Assembly (NCBI GenBank): GCA_009602725.1
Contig: WELB01000014.1
Span: 796,561 to 845,884 of the forward strand
DNA length: 49,324 nt
Direction: 5' to 3'
DNA from: Spirogloea muscicola
Lineage: Eukaryota
Below the pieces are notes generated by a model, which was given only the letters and a program-made list of their open reading frames with translations, searched no databases and was not told the DNA's origin. Shown here piece after piece: positions 1 to 12,173 of this stretch (positions within the stretch are counted from its first letter, which is position 1; each line of letters opens with the position of its first letter). Made by a program: the position numbers and the translations under genes.

Positions 1-671
1 GCGCGGCGCACGAGCGCGCGGTGGTCGCCGCCGCCGAGGAGCACGTGCGGCGGGGCCTGCTGGCGGCGAGCCTGGAGGTGGAGCGCTCGCGGCTGCGCGT
101 GGCGGAGCTCGAGCAGCGCGAGCACCGGCTCGTGACGGACATGCGCGGCATGGAGGCGCTCGTCGGCGCGCTCCGCGCCTCCCTGGAGGCAGTCATGGCT
201 GCGCAGCAGCGCCAAGCCGAGGCCATGGCGCTCTCTCGTGGGGACGCCGCCTCCGCCGATCGCGCCGAGGGTTCCGGCGACTCCGACGGCCCCGTCGACG
301 TCGACGACGCCGCCTCAGCGCACGACCACGACGCGGCCGACGCCGCCGCCGACACCGCGGACTTCTACCACCACAACCACCATCACCTCCAACACGCCGC
401 CGCGGCTGTGACCATTCGCCGCCAGGGCGAGGCCGGCGGCGCTGCCGTGAGCCATCAGCATCAGCGACCGGGTCACTTGGCCTCGGCGCCGGCGCCGCAG
501 CGCGGCTGCCGCGTCTGCCGCGTCTGCCGGGGCCCGGCGATTGCAGAGGCCAGCGTGCTGCTGCTGCCCTGCCGGCACCTGTGCGTCTGCAAGGAGTGTG
601 AGGCGAGCACCGACGCCTGCCCCTTATGCGGCGTCGAGAAGGAGGCCACTGTCCACGTCCACTTGGCCTAG
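1..671 (+). CDS. BOI/SBP-related RING (zf-C3HC4_3) E3 ubiquitin ligase, 5'-partial
   Basis: Frame is open from the window edge. Coiled-coil segment (LEVERSRLRVAELEQRE) followed by a C-terminal RING, CRVC...ASVLLLPCRHLCVCKECEASTDACPLC, typical of plant BOI/SBP proteins. Stop TAG at 669-671. Confidence 0.85.
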   Translation, partial: AAHERAVVAAAEEHVRRGLLAASLEVERSRLRVAELEQREHRLVTDMRGMEALVGALRASLEAVMAAQQRQAEAMALSRGDAASADRAEGSGDSDGPVDVDDAASAHDHDAADAAADTADFYHHNHHHLQHAAAAVTIRRQGEAGGAAVSHQHQRPGHLASAPAPQRGCRVCRVCRGPAIAEASVLLLPCRHLCVCKECEASTDACPLCGVEKEATVHVHLA

Positions 672-1564
672 GCCTGCCGGCCAGTCGCCAGCCCATTCCA
701 TTGCCATGGCCGAGCGGGCGCGCCGCTCGAGCCTCTGGTGCGAGAGATCCTGCAAGTAGCGCAAGCTGTAGCTGCAGGCTATAGATCTGAAGATGAGAAC
801 CGCGTCACTATGCGAGCCGCTCGGCAGACTTTGGCCGCTGCCATACGGCTGCTGGCGCGCTCCGAGCGGCCTTGTGAACAGTCAAATCTGGATTGTTGAC
901 TCGCAATTGTTGAGTGACAGATACTATATCAATAAATGTTTCATACTCATCAATCATGTCTCAGTCGCCATTGCTTTGTTGATGACTGTCTGGTCAGTCT
1001 GCAACCTTGCACCTCTGATAACCCACCAACCTGAAAGTTGCACAGAGGTTGTCCTTGCAGGGCTGAGAGGCTGATAAGCTGTGCTTCTCCTGTGGCTATA
1101 AATGTCAGACTGCTTGAGCAGCCCCAAGTCCATGGCTTGTGCAGTACTTGCCACCGTGCACTCCATGATTGACTTTTGGAAGACTGCTGCATGACGAGGA
1201 GCAAATGTGGCTCGCAGCCAGGAGGCTCGCATTTGCATTGGCCTTGCACTCGCTCTGGTCCTCCCTCTCCAGCAATGCATGCTGGCTCACTTTTCAAACT
1301 GTGCAATTCTTGCTTAAGATGTAAGCGGCGGGTCAACTGCACAATAGTCAGATTAGAGTGCAGTGTTTTGCCTTCAACGTTCAGTCAACATAAGGTGGAC
1401 CAGCCGAAGTGCTTGATCGCAAGCAAGCAGGGCCAATGCTCAGCTAATGTTAGGCACGTCACGAGTGAGAGCCTCTGTATTCTTGTGCGGAGTTTTCCAC
1501 CACCTTGAGCAGCAAGTACACCACCAACAAGAACATCACTGCAGATGCATTGGCCAAATCTAGA

Positions 1565-4500
1565 CTAGCTCTCAGCCACCGCCACCAGATCACTGGCCAC
1601 CTGAAGCCTCTTGTCTGCGCCGCTCCGCCTCTGACGCTGGAGGACCTCCAGGTGGATGAGGAGAGCCGTCACGTCCGCTGGATTCACTCCACCCACGCGC
1701 TGCGCCTGGCCGATGCATGTGGGCTTGATCTGCGGGAGGGGCACTTGCGCAGCCAGTCAATAGACGTCATGCAGCAGCAGCAGCACATGGTTTCCATATG
1801 AAGCGCGGATTCACAGCTGAACGCTGAGTCTGGAAGTCGGTCATGGACAGCGCAAGCAGCTTCACAATGAGGAAGGATGGCGATGGCGAGCTTAGCACCT
1901 TGTTGAGCTTTTCCCTGGCCTCCATGGAGATCGTGGCAATACTGCTGTAGTCGATGCCAGCGGGGATTGGCCGATGCTCCTTTGCCGCCATCTGCATCCT
2001 TACATGGTCTTGCTTTTGTCACTGTCAGCTCGCACTCCGAAGGTCAGAAGAATGCGTCTCCAGGGCATATCACGCTTGTGAATGACTTCTGCTTCTGGAA
2101 AGTCACACAGGTCAAGCATCGACAATAAAGAACGCCCACCTGCTCGAGCTGCTGCTGCTGGCGTAGTATGAACCCCTCATACTTCACGTCAATCTCAACG
2201 CACTCTTGCTCAACCTGCGAGACCTCAGGGTCCGCAAGGCCGTGCCGCTCCAAGAGCTCATAGTGCACGTGCGGCCGCCGGAGTATGCTGTCCAAGCTCA
2301 CACCCGCCTTCAATGGCTGGCCGCACAACTCCTCGACCTCCGCTGCGATTGGGTCGCTCACTGGGGCCGCCGCAGAAGCATCAGCAAAGAGGGGCAACAC
2401 ATGGGTGGAAATGACTTAGCATCAGCATGCGTTGCCGCAGGGTATCAGCAGCAGGCATCAGCAACAAGATGTCAACTGTTCACGACGGGTCTTCATGTGT
2501 TACTCCCCCTAGTCATACTCTGTGATGAGGAAGGAGTGCCCACGCACTTGCATGGAAATGGGCAACAACATCTGTGCATTTGGCCAGGTCCAAAACCAAG
2601 CACTTGGACTTTTGCCTTGCTCTGAAAGCAGAGACGCAGCGCCAGGCTTGTGCCAACGAATGGGCAAGCACTAATGGGTGACCGAGTAGCAAATTGCACT
2701 GACCTCCGATTCGAATCTTCCGTATGCGGACCTTCTCCGCCGCAATGCGCTCCTGCTTGCTCTGGTAGAGAGCCCACCGACGGTCATCGACCAGCCCCAA
2801 GTCCCGGCCAACTGGCGTGAGTCGGCTGTCTGCATTGTCTGATCGCAGCAGCAGCCTGTATTCAGAGCGACTGCGCAACGGGACACAGTGTCAGAAGAAG
2901 CTGGGACGAAGATGAAGCGAGGCCAATGCCACAGATCTCTTGTTCCACCAAGCTTGACTCTGCAAATTGGTGCCTGGAATCACGTCGTAGCGTCTTGCCT
3001 TGTCAACATGCGGTAGGGCTCGCGCAGGTCCTTGGTGACCAGGTCGTCAATCAGCGTACCGATGTAGCTACTCTCTCGCTCCAGCGTCAGCATTGGCTTG
3101 CCGGCAGCCAGCTGCGCAGCATTTATCCCTGCCAGGAGCCCCTGAAAAGTGCCACATTGAAATAACATTGATGGCTCTTCTGCAACGTCCAGCAGGCCTT
3201 GAGCTACAATGCTGGCCAGGTGAAGAGTCAGCTGCTGATGATGCAAAAATGGATTGGCAACTGTTTCAACACTTGTAGCGTAGGCTGGCTGAGAGAGCGG
3301 CCTTGCCTGTGCGGCTGCCTCCTCGTAGCCGGTTGTGCCATTAATCTGACCAGAGAAGAAAAGGCCGTCAAGGCGCTTAGTGAGCAGTGTCCGCTGGCAT
3401 TGATTCGCGGGCAGGTAGTCGTACTCCACCGCATAAGCTGGCCGGAGCATAGTGCAGTGCTCCAAGCCCGGCAACGTCCGAAGCAGCGCCAGCTGGAGCC
3501 GCTCTGGAAGGCCAGTCGAGAAGCCCTGAGAGAACCAAGGACCATGTAAGACACAGAGACTGTCGTTGATGATGCTGCAGAAACTCTACTTCAGAACCTC
3601 TGTTTCTGCCGCTTATGACAGATCCAGACCTCACTTGTGCTAACATGCAATGACCACCTTTTTGGCACTAAACAAGTTAGTGAGTGACAAGCGAGCAGTT
3701 AGTGTGGGCTGCCGATGCTTGCCTGCACATAAAGCTCTGGCACGGTGCGTCCCTCCGGCTCTAAGAAGACCTGATGTGACTCCTTGTCACGGAACCTCAC
3801 AATCTGTAGGCAAAAGAGTAGCAGTCAGTTGACGGGAACCGGAGCACCTTAAGCACCATTCCCAAACCCGTGGTTAGGTAGTACACAAATCCTCATAAAT
3901 TTGTCAATGACAACACTTCTTTGATAACCCATACTAGAATATGACAGGCGCATGCGAAATGTGCACCTTGTCCTCAATGGAAGGGCAGTACCGTGGCCCT
4001 TTGGCCTCCACCCACCCTCCGTACGTCGGCGTCTCGCCCAGATTGTCCTCGATCAGCTTGTGGGTCGCTGCCGTGGTGCGCGTCAAGTAGCAGCTTAGCT
4101 GCTCCCGCTCCACGTGCACCTCCGGATCGAAGCTGAACCACCGCACCTGGATTCCAAGACCAAACAAAGTCAGGTGTCATTACTAAGGTGAGGGTTCAAT
4201 CTATTGTAACATTTAGGCAGTCTGCTGCCTGATCGTGACGATCAACAGCCTCTGCCTATTGCACAATCTGTGCTGGTCCTCTCAATCGTCTGAGACAACA
4301 AATCCGTCAACGACATCGTTAAGCATAGAGTAACCCTGGTCTTTGATGTAGAGGAGCGCTCTCACCTCGTCATCGCCCGGCTGAGTCTCCAGCCTGGAAC
4401 GGTCGATGCTACGGATGTCTACACGCGCGGGCGTGCCGGTCTTGAGTCGGTCAGTCTCGAAGCCCAGCGCGACGAGGTTCTCAGTGAGGCCCAGGGCCGC

Positions 4501-6093
4501 GCCCTCGCCGGCGCGGCCCGCGGGCATGGAGCTGCGCCCGATCCAGATGCGCCCGTTCATGAAGGTTCCCGTCGTCAACACCACCGCCGCCGCCCGGAAA
4601 GCCACGCCGAAGAAGGTCCGCACGCCCTCCACGTTGTCGTTGGGCCCCACCAGCAGCTCCGTCGCCATGGCCTCACGGATGCACAGGTCCGGCGTGCTGC
4701 CAGGCATACACGTTTAGTACGTCATAAGTGTGCCTCGCTTGTCGCATTGCGCTTCAGGCTTTGAGGAGCCTAATGTTGAGGAGCCTGGTCATGTGGGACC
4801 CTCACTTGTCCAGGACTGCCTTCATCGTGATGGCATACTCGCGCTTGTCCGTCTGCGCACGGAGCGCCCACACAGCGGGGCCCTTGGACCGATTGAGCAC
4901 CCGCTTCTGCAGGTAGCATCTGCTCCGCAGGAGGTGGCAAGGGGGAGCAGCCGCGCAAGCACGAGGGGGCCTCAGAAGGGGACCAGCGAAATGTCATTGG
5001 CACACTCTATTAAGGACCTAAAATATTATAATGATGCTGGCAAACCATTCAACTAGCTGATGTTAAATATCAGACTGCACGGCGGCCAGCTTCTCTGACT
5101 CGAGTCAAACAGGACGCCACTGGGAGGTCCCGTTGGGGGAGAGAGACACGGTGCACCTGTCGGCAATCTTCCCAATCTCGCCACCCAGCGCGTCGACTTC
5201 GTGCACCAGCTGCGACTTGGCAGGGCCCCCGACGGCGGGGTTGCAAGGCTGCGCGTGCAGCACGAGTGCGCGACAATGGTGGGCGGGTGAGCGGCTCCCC
5301 AAGCTCGCATGGCTGCTTGGAGCGGCAGCTGCTTGGAGCTTGACATGAAGTCTTAGGAATATTGGTTTGGTTTTGGGGTTTAAGGGTGAGCCGGACCTGC
5401 CAGGCGATGCGGTCGGGGTTAAGCGTGAGGAGGAGTGTGCGGGCGCCGAGGCGCGCCGCCGCCAGCGCGGCCTCGCAGCCGGCGTGCCCGCCGCCCACCA
5501 CGATCACGTCGTAGCGCTCGTCCTCCGAGCCCGCCTCGCCTGCAATGCAGCGTGTATTGAGCGATGGAGGGCCTGAGAGTCGCCAAGTACGACGGCAAGC
5601 ACACTCACAGGTGTACACAATGTGCTGCTAAGCTGACCCATTCATTGAACGTGAGATTATATCTCACTGTAGACTTCACCATTTACGTGGAGTTCAGATG
5701 AGAGCAACTATTTGTCATCAAACTCGATTCAATCTCAACACGACCCTCGCCTGCGCAGCGCAGGGCGTGAGGGGCCTGCGCCGGTCTCGCCGGCGTGGCG
5801 CTCGCAGAGGGTTAGGAACAAAAGTAGGGTCTGAGGTCAAGCCCTAAGCCCTCGCCGGCACTCACCCAAGGACGACGGCACCGGCGACTGCGAAGCGGCA
5901 TGGGCGGCGGCTGCTGAGAAGAAGCTGCGGCGCGGCAAGCACCGGCCGGGCGCCGCCGCCGCCGCCTCCGGAGCCGCCAGCACCGTCACCGCCGCCGGCT
6001 GGAGGCGCTGCCAGGGACGGCCGCTGGTGCTTTTCCCGCGCCCGCGCCACGCGCGACGGCGGCGGCGGCAGCGGCGGCCAGCGCCCGCGGCAT
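1565..6093 (-). CDS. mnmG: tRNA uridine-5-carboxymethylaminomethyl modification enzyme MnmG/GidA, organellar, about 12 exons
   Basis: Spliced motifs [119 protein letters not shown]. Stop at 1565-1567. The 5' exon and start codon are unresolved. Confidence 0.95.
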
Positions 6094-6108
6094 GCCACGG
6101 AGTTCGGA

Positions 6109-6125
6109 GACCTAACCCTAACCCT
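6109..6125. promoter_or_regulatory. Telo-box-like CCCTAA repeats upstream of mnmG
   Basis: cctaaccctaaccct lies immediately 5' of the putative first exon. Telo-boxes are known near plant translation-related genes. Confidence 0.35.
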
Positions 6126-6310
6126 TTGCTCCCGGATTGCGGAAAAGCTCAGAAGCCCACCGGTGGGATTAGTGATTCAATTTAGCAGCAGGTTGCATAT
6201 ACACATCTGTCGATGTGCTAGCCTACGTACTTGCCACTCATCATGCCCTCCATCAATCAATACTGTCCATTCCCGTTGAATATGGGAGGGGGTGGCGGAG
6301 TGAAGGCGCT

Positions 6311-7563
6311 TGCCCTGTATACTTTGTTCTTTTTCTAAGCTGGTCAATCACAGCCATCGGCCATCTACAGGAAGAGACTTGCTCTCCTAATGAGCAAGTG
6401 GCTTGAATCTGCCACCCTTTCCATTCATGCGCACCGAGCGGGCCTTCTCTCTCTCCTCTCTTAGGAATATTGTGTATTTCTCTTAGGCGAGGTACAAGAA
6501 ACGGGAAAGAGAATAAACAGCTCTTTTGCTGGTCGCGTTGTTGTTACGGAGGCATATAAAGGCCCAGCTTCGACACACATCGCTGGGCACGCAGTGGGCG
6601 GTGCAGAACAAAGAAAACTGCGGCACTACTACGATTACCCCCAATGCGATCAGCTCCTGCCAGCGGCAATCAACATATTTGTTTAGCTTAGCAGAGGTTA
6701 CTGAGTGATTCGTAGCTGCTTTGTTTCTGTTTCTTAGCGCTTCCCCTGGCCCCCTTCTCGTACTCTGTTCATTCTTTTCCGGGCTGGCTTTTCCAGCCCC
6801 TATTCTTAATGGGCGAGCACTTTCTCTTTTCTCACATATTTGGCTGTCTGGGTCCTCGTTTCCACACTCTCCTTCAAAACATTGCCAATCTAGGCTACAC
6901 ATGACGTGCAGATGTGTTTCCGGCTGAGATGGGCTTGCCAGCTGCATATCTGTCGCTCTTGCGATGCCAAGTTTCAGCCTGTTTGCAGCGTGCTCAGGCT
7001 AGTGCCTTGCACCAGAAAGCTGGGCGAGCTCTTGTTGGTGGCAGAAGGGCTCCGTTTCTGGCATCTAGTATTCATGCATCGATTAGTTACCTTTATGTTT
7101 TAACCCGTGGTTATTGAGCGGGTCAATCTGCTGTAGGTTATGTAGATCTTAACATGTGCTTGCCAATGTACTTGGCCATTTGGCCTACAATTGTTTCTAA
7201 TACACGGACTTTTCTTGTCAACGTGAGGCAAAGCAAAGGCCGCGAGAGGCCAGCCCAAAAGCGCTTTTCCACATCTTTTCCTGATTAGCTGCTCCTCACT
7301 CGCGGTTACCAAGTGATATATCCTACCGGGCAAGCTCTGAGGCAGCGCCCCCCTTGGGAAGCCACTTTCTTACCCGGTAGGATAACCACTTAGTGACCTC
7401 TAGTGAGGAGCCGCAAATCAGAAAGACTAGCAGCCGGAAATCACTTCCCCTGTCGAAAGCCAGAGGTTGCAGCTAGATCTTGGGTAGGATGGATCACTTT
7501 GTAACCACGAGTTCAGCCCTTCAAGGGCTGGCATCTGCCTGCCCCTCTTCTCTATGGGCGCGC
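6311..7563. repeat. Cluster 1 of the dispersed ~65 bp motif (copies ~6311-6378+, 6748-6820+, 7237-7264-, 7510-7563+)
   Basis: Shared core TTGTTCATTCTTTT(C)GGGCTGGC..CAGCC with copies at 11.1, 22.5-22.8, 33.0 and 44.9-45.2 kb. Confidence 0.7.
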
Positions 7564-8163
7564 AATTTCTTTGGGGGAGCCACTTCTTCCCTGTGGGAGA
7601 GCCACTTCCCTGCAGCTAGAGCACGGCCAGCACGCAGATGCAAGGCGTGCAAGCAGGCGAAGCAGTTGGCCAGGTCCGAAGGGGCCTCACTGACAGGAGG
7701 GAGAAGGCGTGCGATGCTTTTAGATGAAAAGGGTGGCCATTACAAGCCAATACATTGTAAAGAGTAGTGCAGAAATGCACCTACACACAATGGGACCGCG
7801 CGAAATTCATGATCGTGTATTTGAAAGAAACGAAGGCCAAGTGGCCAAGTACAAAGGCAAGCACATCTAATGACCTTCATAAGCTACAGCAGATTGACCC
7901 GCTCAGTAACCACGGGTCAAAACATAAAGGTTGCTTATCAATGCCTGAGTAGTAGATGTCAGATACGAAGCCCTTCTGCCACCAACTAGAGCTCGCCCAG
8001 GTTTCTGGTGCAAAGCATTAGCCTGAGCACGCTGCAATGAGGCCGAAACTCGTCGTCGCAAGAACGACGGATATGCAGCTGGCAGGCCCATCTCAGCCGG
8101 AAACACATCTGCACGTCGTGTGTAGCCTAGGTTGGCAATATTCTGGAGGGTGTGGAGAGTGTG
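6864..8163. repeat. Long inverted repeat: arms ~6864-7207 and ~7814-8163, spacer ~600 bp
   Basis: The arms are diverged reverse complements, for example gatgtgtttccggctgagatggg versus cccatctcagccggaaacacatc. They also produce near-identical mirror ORFs 6914..7117+ and 7903..8106-. Confidence 0.9.
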
Positions 8164-8210
8164 AAGTGGGGAGGAACTAACTCATCACCCCCTTCCATCT
8201 TTCCTGGTGT

Positions 8211-8264
8211 CTTACCACAACACTGTGGCGGCTTGCCTTACCACAACACTGGTGGCTTGCCTTA
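8211..8264 (+). repeat. Short tandem duplication (~25 bp x2)
   Basis: cttaccacaacactgtggcggcttgc followed by cttaccacaacactggtggcttgc. Confidence 0.75.
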
Positions 8265-8970
8265 GCTTGGCCTCCCATTCCATTTGCGCAGCGGGGTTGC
8301 TCTTCCTCCCCTCAGCTCATCTGACTTCCTACTGCTGACACGGGGGTATTGAGGGCGCCCTGTCTGCCTAGCCTTTGGCTCCGTCATGAACACCTGTATG
8401 CATTTGGCTGGCATTTCACAGCCGATTCTTTCATATCAGCAGCCGCTTCCCCCCATTTACGCGCACAGCGCGCCTTCTCTCCCGCCCGTCGAGGCCCTTC
8501 CCCCCAGCATCGGCGTTGGAGCTGCCCGCCGCCGCCGCCGCCGGCTGCTGCGCCTCTCTCACGGCGTGCGTCTTGCTCAAGGAGCTACGCATCTCTGGCG
8601 GCGCTGCTGCGGCGAGCACCTCAGCTTCTGGGCTTCCTCTCCCTCCCTGCGCGCCCGAGGAGACCGCCGTCCTGCGCCGCCACGGCGCCCCCTTGCCACG
8701 CTCCGCGCGTGTCGCGCAGGCTCCAAGGCCGCCGCCGCTCGTAGCCACTGACTGCCACGATCGTTAGAACCGGCGGGACGCTCCTCCCTGCGGCACGTGA
8801 TGCAATCGGGCACATTGGGTGGCCAACCTCGCCTCCTTGGGCTAGACGCGCCCTCGGCCACGCGCCTGCGCCCGGCTCGGGAGTGAGCGCCAACGTGGGC
8901 CGGCAGCAGCGCGAACGACGTCGTCGTTTCAGCAGGCTCTCCTTCCCCACCAACCATTGCGGCAGGCACC

Positions 8971-10370
8971 ATGAGCTGGATATTTGGGAAGAAGAAGACG
9001 CCCCAAGGTGCGCCGTACCTGTCGGGCCACTAGTTAGACGGCCAGCTGACGGTGTCCTATCATGCCACTTGCACGCGGGCATTTGCCGCTTACTTTTGCG
9101 GCGCCCCCGCCCATTTGACTGCAATTGGCGTGTCAGCTGCTAACTACCTTACATCTGCATGGCGTAGATGAGAGTTGGGCTCAGTTGCCTCCGCCACGGC
9201 GGTCGCTTGAGCGACAAGCCCTGACGCACCTGCGCTGCTGTGACTGCCAGAGCTGCTGCGCGAGAACAAGCGTATGCTGGACCGGTCTATCCGCGACATT
9301 GAGCGTGAGCGCATGCAGTTGCAATCGCAGGAGAAGAAGCTCGTCGCGGAGATAAAGAAGACTGCCAAGCAGGGGCAGATGGTGCGTTACTGCCTTGTCT
9401 TCACTCTGGCGCTTCAGTCATGGAAGAGTAGCTGAGCTTAATTCTGTGTGCAGGCCACAGTCACAGGGGTTCCAATTTCAAGTGTGCCCAACTACAGATG
9501 CACAGCCATCTGCTAATCAGACATTTTGCTCTTCTGAGATCTGGTCTGTTTGTGCTGACCTTCATGGAGTTCCTACTGTCTGAGGCTGGGGAATCATTTC
9601 ACTTTCGTTTGCCAGGGGGCCGTTAGGGTAATGGCAAAGGATCTGATCAGGACAAGGCATCAGGTTACCAAGTTCTACGCTCTGAAGTCACAGCTGCAAG
9701 GCGTCTCCCTTCGCATGACGGTGAGCTCCCGAAATTGTGAGGCGTGACCTCTTTGTTCCCAGACAGCATGTGGAGCTGCCAGTGCTTTCATACATCGATA
9801 GGCTGGCTCCTTCCTCAATCTTGCTCCTTGTCCTGTTTGCAGACGTTAAAGTCGACGCAGGCGATGGCGGATGCCATGAAGGGCGTGACAAAGGCCATGG
9901 GCCAGATGAACAAGCAGCTCAATCTGCCGGCGCTGCAGAAGATCATGCTGGAGTTCGAGCGGCAGAATGAGCGCATGGAGATGACGACAGAGGTCATGAA
10001 TGACGCCATTGATGACACACTCGAGGGGGACGATGAGGAGGAGGAGACGGAAGAGCTGGTCAACCAGGTGCTGGACGAGATTGGTGTTGACCTTGATTCG
10101 CAGGTGAGCAGCCAAGACTTACTGGCAGCTGTCTGGTCTTCTCATACGGCCGGCTATTTGATCTGCCCTATGCCTCCTCCTTTTGATCAGGTCGCTGATG
10201 TCCAGTCCTGCTTCTGGTGGCAGCTGGTGCGCACGCCTGCGAATGCCACACCCCAGCCTCAGCAGGAGAATGCGCAAAAGGTGGCAGCAGCACCGGCAGC
10301 AGAGGGAGGCGACGACCCGGGCATAGACAGCGACCTGCAAGCTCGCCTAGAAAGACTCAGGAAGATGTAG
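8971..10370 (+). CDS. VPS2: ESCRT-III subunit VPS2 (CHMP2A, Snf7 family); exons 8971-9007, 9251-9381, 9616-9720, 9843-10103, 10224-10370
   Basis: MSWIFGKKKTPQELLRENKRMLDRSIRDIERER...AKDLIRTRHQVTKFYALKSQLQGVSLR...EFERQNERMEM...DSDLQARLERLRKM. All introns GT-AG and in phase. Confidence 0.96.
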
Positions 10371-11076
10371 AACAGGAAGACGTAGACAAGTTACATGTAT
10401 AATTGGGGGAGGTGCTGTGAAAGACCACCAGGAGGCTGCCACTTCTTGCGTGCTTGTTGTTGTGAGGACAATTCTGATTGGAAATAAAGCGCGTGGTGGC
10501 TATCAAGGTGTGTGCAATGAGGTATGGTTGAAAGTGGTAGGCTGGAGATTTGCACGCATGCATATGGCGCGAGGAAACGATTCTTTGCGCAGGGCGCTGA
10601 GTGCAGTTCCTGCTGCTAACCAAGCGCGAGCCTTTCTCCGCTTCTGAGCGCAGACCCTCCAGGGTGTCACTTGAGAAAGAAATTTGGCAAAAGTGTTGGG
10701 AAATGTAACCTACAGAACTTCATGACTTTTTTGGTCAACAACAGCTGCTCTGGATTGGTCTGGAGCTGACAGCTACTGTGCCAGGGGGTTGGCGCCTCCG
10801 GTGTGACCACATAACTTTGCTGACACAGGTAGCTTCTTCGATGGGTAATTCAATGCAGCCCATTGCTGCAACGTTCTTGCCAGCTCCAACCATTGTCGCT
10901 ACTCCACTGTGACCACTCACACCGACATTGAGGGTGCTCGGGTTGCTTGATCACGGGTCCGTGGATTTGCGGAGCCCGACATTGAGCAGGGGAAAGCCTG
11001 CGTGTATTGAAATGATGGAGCAGGGAATGAGCACCCAACGGCGGCCACTCGAACCGCTGTGCCTTGGCGAGTTCCT

Positions 11077-11136
11077 GGGCCCTTCGGAGTTTGTTCATCC
11101 TTTTCTCTGAGCTGGCGTAGCATCTACTGAAAGAGC
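11077..11136 (+). repeat. Dispersed motif copy (cluster 2)
   Basis: gggcccttcggagtttgttcatccttttctctgagctggc...catctactgaaagagc matches the copies at 6311, 33041 and 44889. Confidence 0.65.
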
Positions 11137-11628
11137 GTCTCTCTCACGGAGCCAGTGGCAGGAGGCTGCGGCAGATCCGCGATGGGCAGTCCATGGCTCT
11201 CGGCGGAGTGGACGATCCGGGCGCAGTGGGAACTGGCCTCGCTCTCAGAGTGGGGTCGTTTCCCACACGGCGGCGAAAGCGGCTAGAGCCGGCCGGGGGC
11301 GGGCCCCCCCCATCCGCCAACCACCAATGGGCGCCGAAAGCATAGCAGCACGTGCTATCGCGTGGATGCGTATGTGCACGCCACGTGTCTGTGCGCGGGG
11401 GGGGACCACGCCCCCACCCGCGGGTCTGGGAGGGTGCGTGCACATCCGCACCGAGGCGTCCTCTGCGGGTCAAGGCGCGGGGGCCCGCCGGCACGACGGG
11501 ATGGACCGTCTGAGCTGGGCCGCTGTGATGTGCGAAACGCCGTAGGGTCTCGCCGCGGCTGTGACACCGTGTGCTGGACGGTTTGTCGTTGCCCGCAGAG
11601 GACTACCGGGTCCGCCCACTGCGCTACT

Positions 11629-11629
11629 C

Positions 11630-11663
<34 letters not shown>

Positions 11664-11693
11664 AATCCATTGCCACCGCCGCCGCCGCCGCCG
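11629..11693 (+). repeat. (CCG)n microsatellite tracts
   Basis: Two CCG runs upstream of the AAE gene. Confidence 0.8.
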
Positions 11694-12173
11694 CGAAGTG
11701 CGGAGCGGGCTGCCGGCCCCTCCCCGCAGCCAGGAGTCTCGGCTCAGGACGGGCTGCGGGCGCAGGAAGAGGCGGTCGAGCTGCCCTTGCGAGACTTTGC
11801 ACTCGCGGAAGCCGACAAGGGGCAGGAGCGGCGCCGCCGCCGCCGCCGCCGCGGGTCTTGCCGTGCAGAGCTGCCCGCCGCCGAGGCTGCCAAGGCGCGC
11901 CTTCTCGTGGCAGTGCCACAATTGGGACCTTGCTTGCGGCTCGCCGGCTGTGGCAGCACTAGGAGGCTGCCAGAATTCCGTCACTGGGGCGCGGAGGCCA
12001 TCGGTTGGAGTCCCTCGCCGCCGGCGCCGGGGCTTAAGGACTTAGTCGCTGTAGCTCTTCTGGCGGACCACGCCGGCAGTTGCGGCGGCGTCGGCAGCGG
12101 CTGCGGCGCGGTGCTGGCTGCCAGGTTGATGACGCGGCGGCGTTGAGGCTGCAGCTCAAGGCAGAGCGGCGGC

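Noticed and set aside
6914..8106. Two near-identical 67-aa ORFs on opposite strands (MFPAEMGLPAAY...)
   Set aside because: They are a by-product of the inverted repeat, start at GTG and show no recognisable domain.
11144..12170. Many long overlapping Arg/Ala/Pro-rich ORFs (also 8349-8970 and 43957-44367)
   Set aside because: Expected in very GC-rich, CCG-repeat promoter and UTR DNA; no domain signal.
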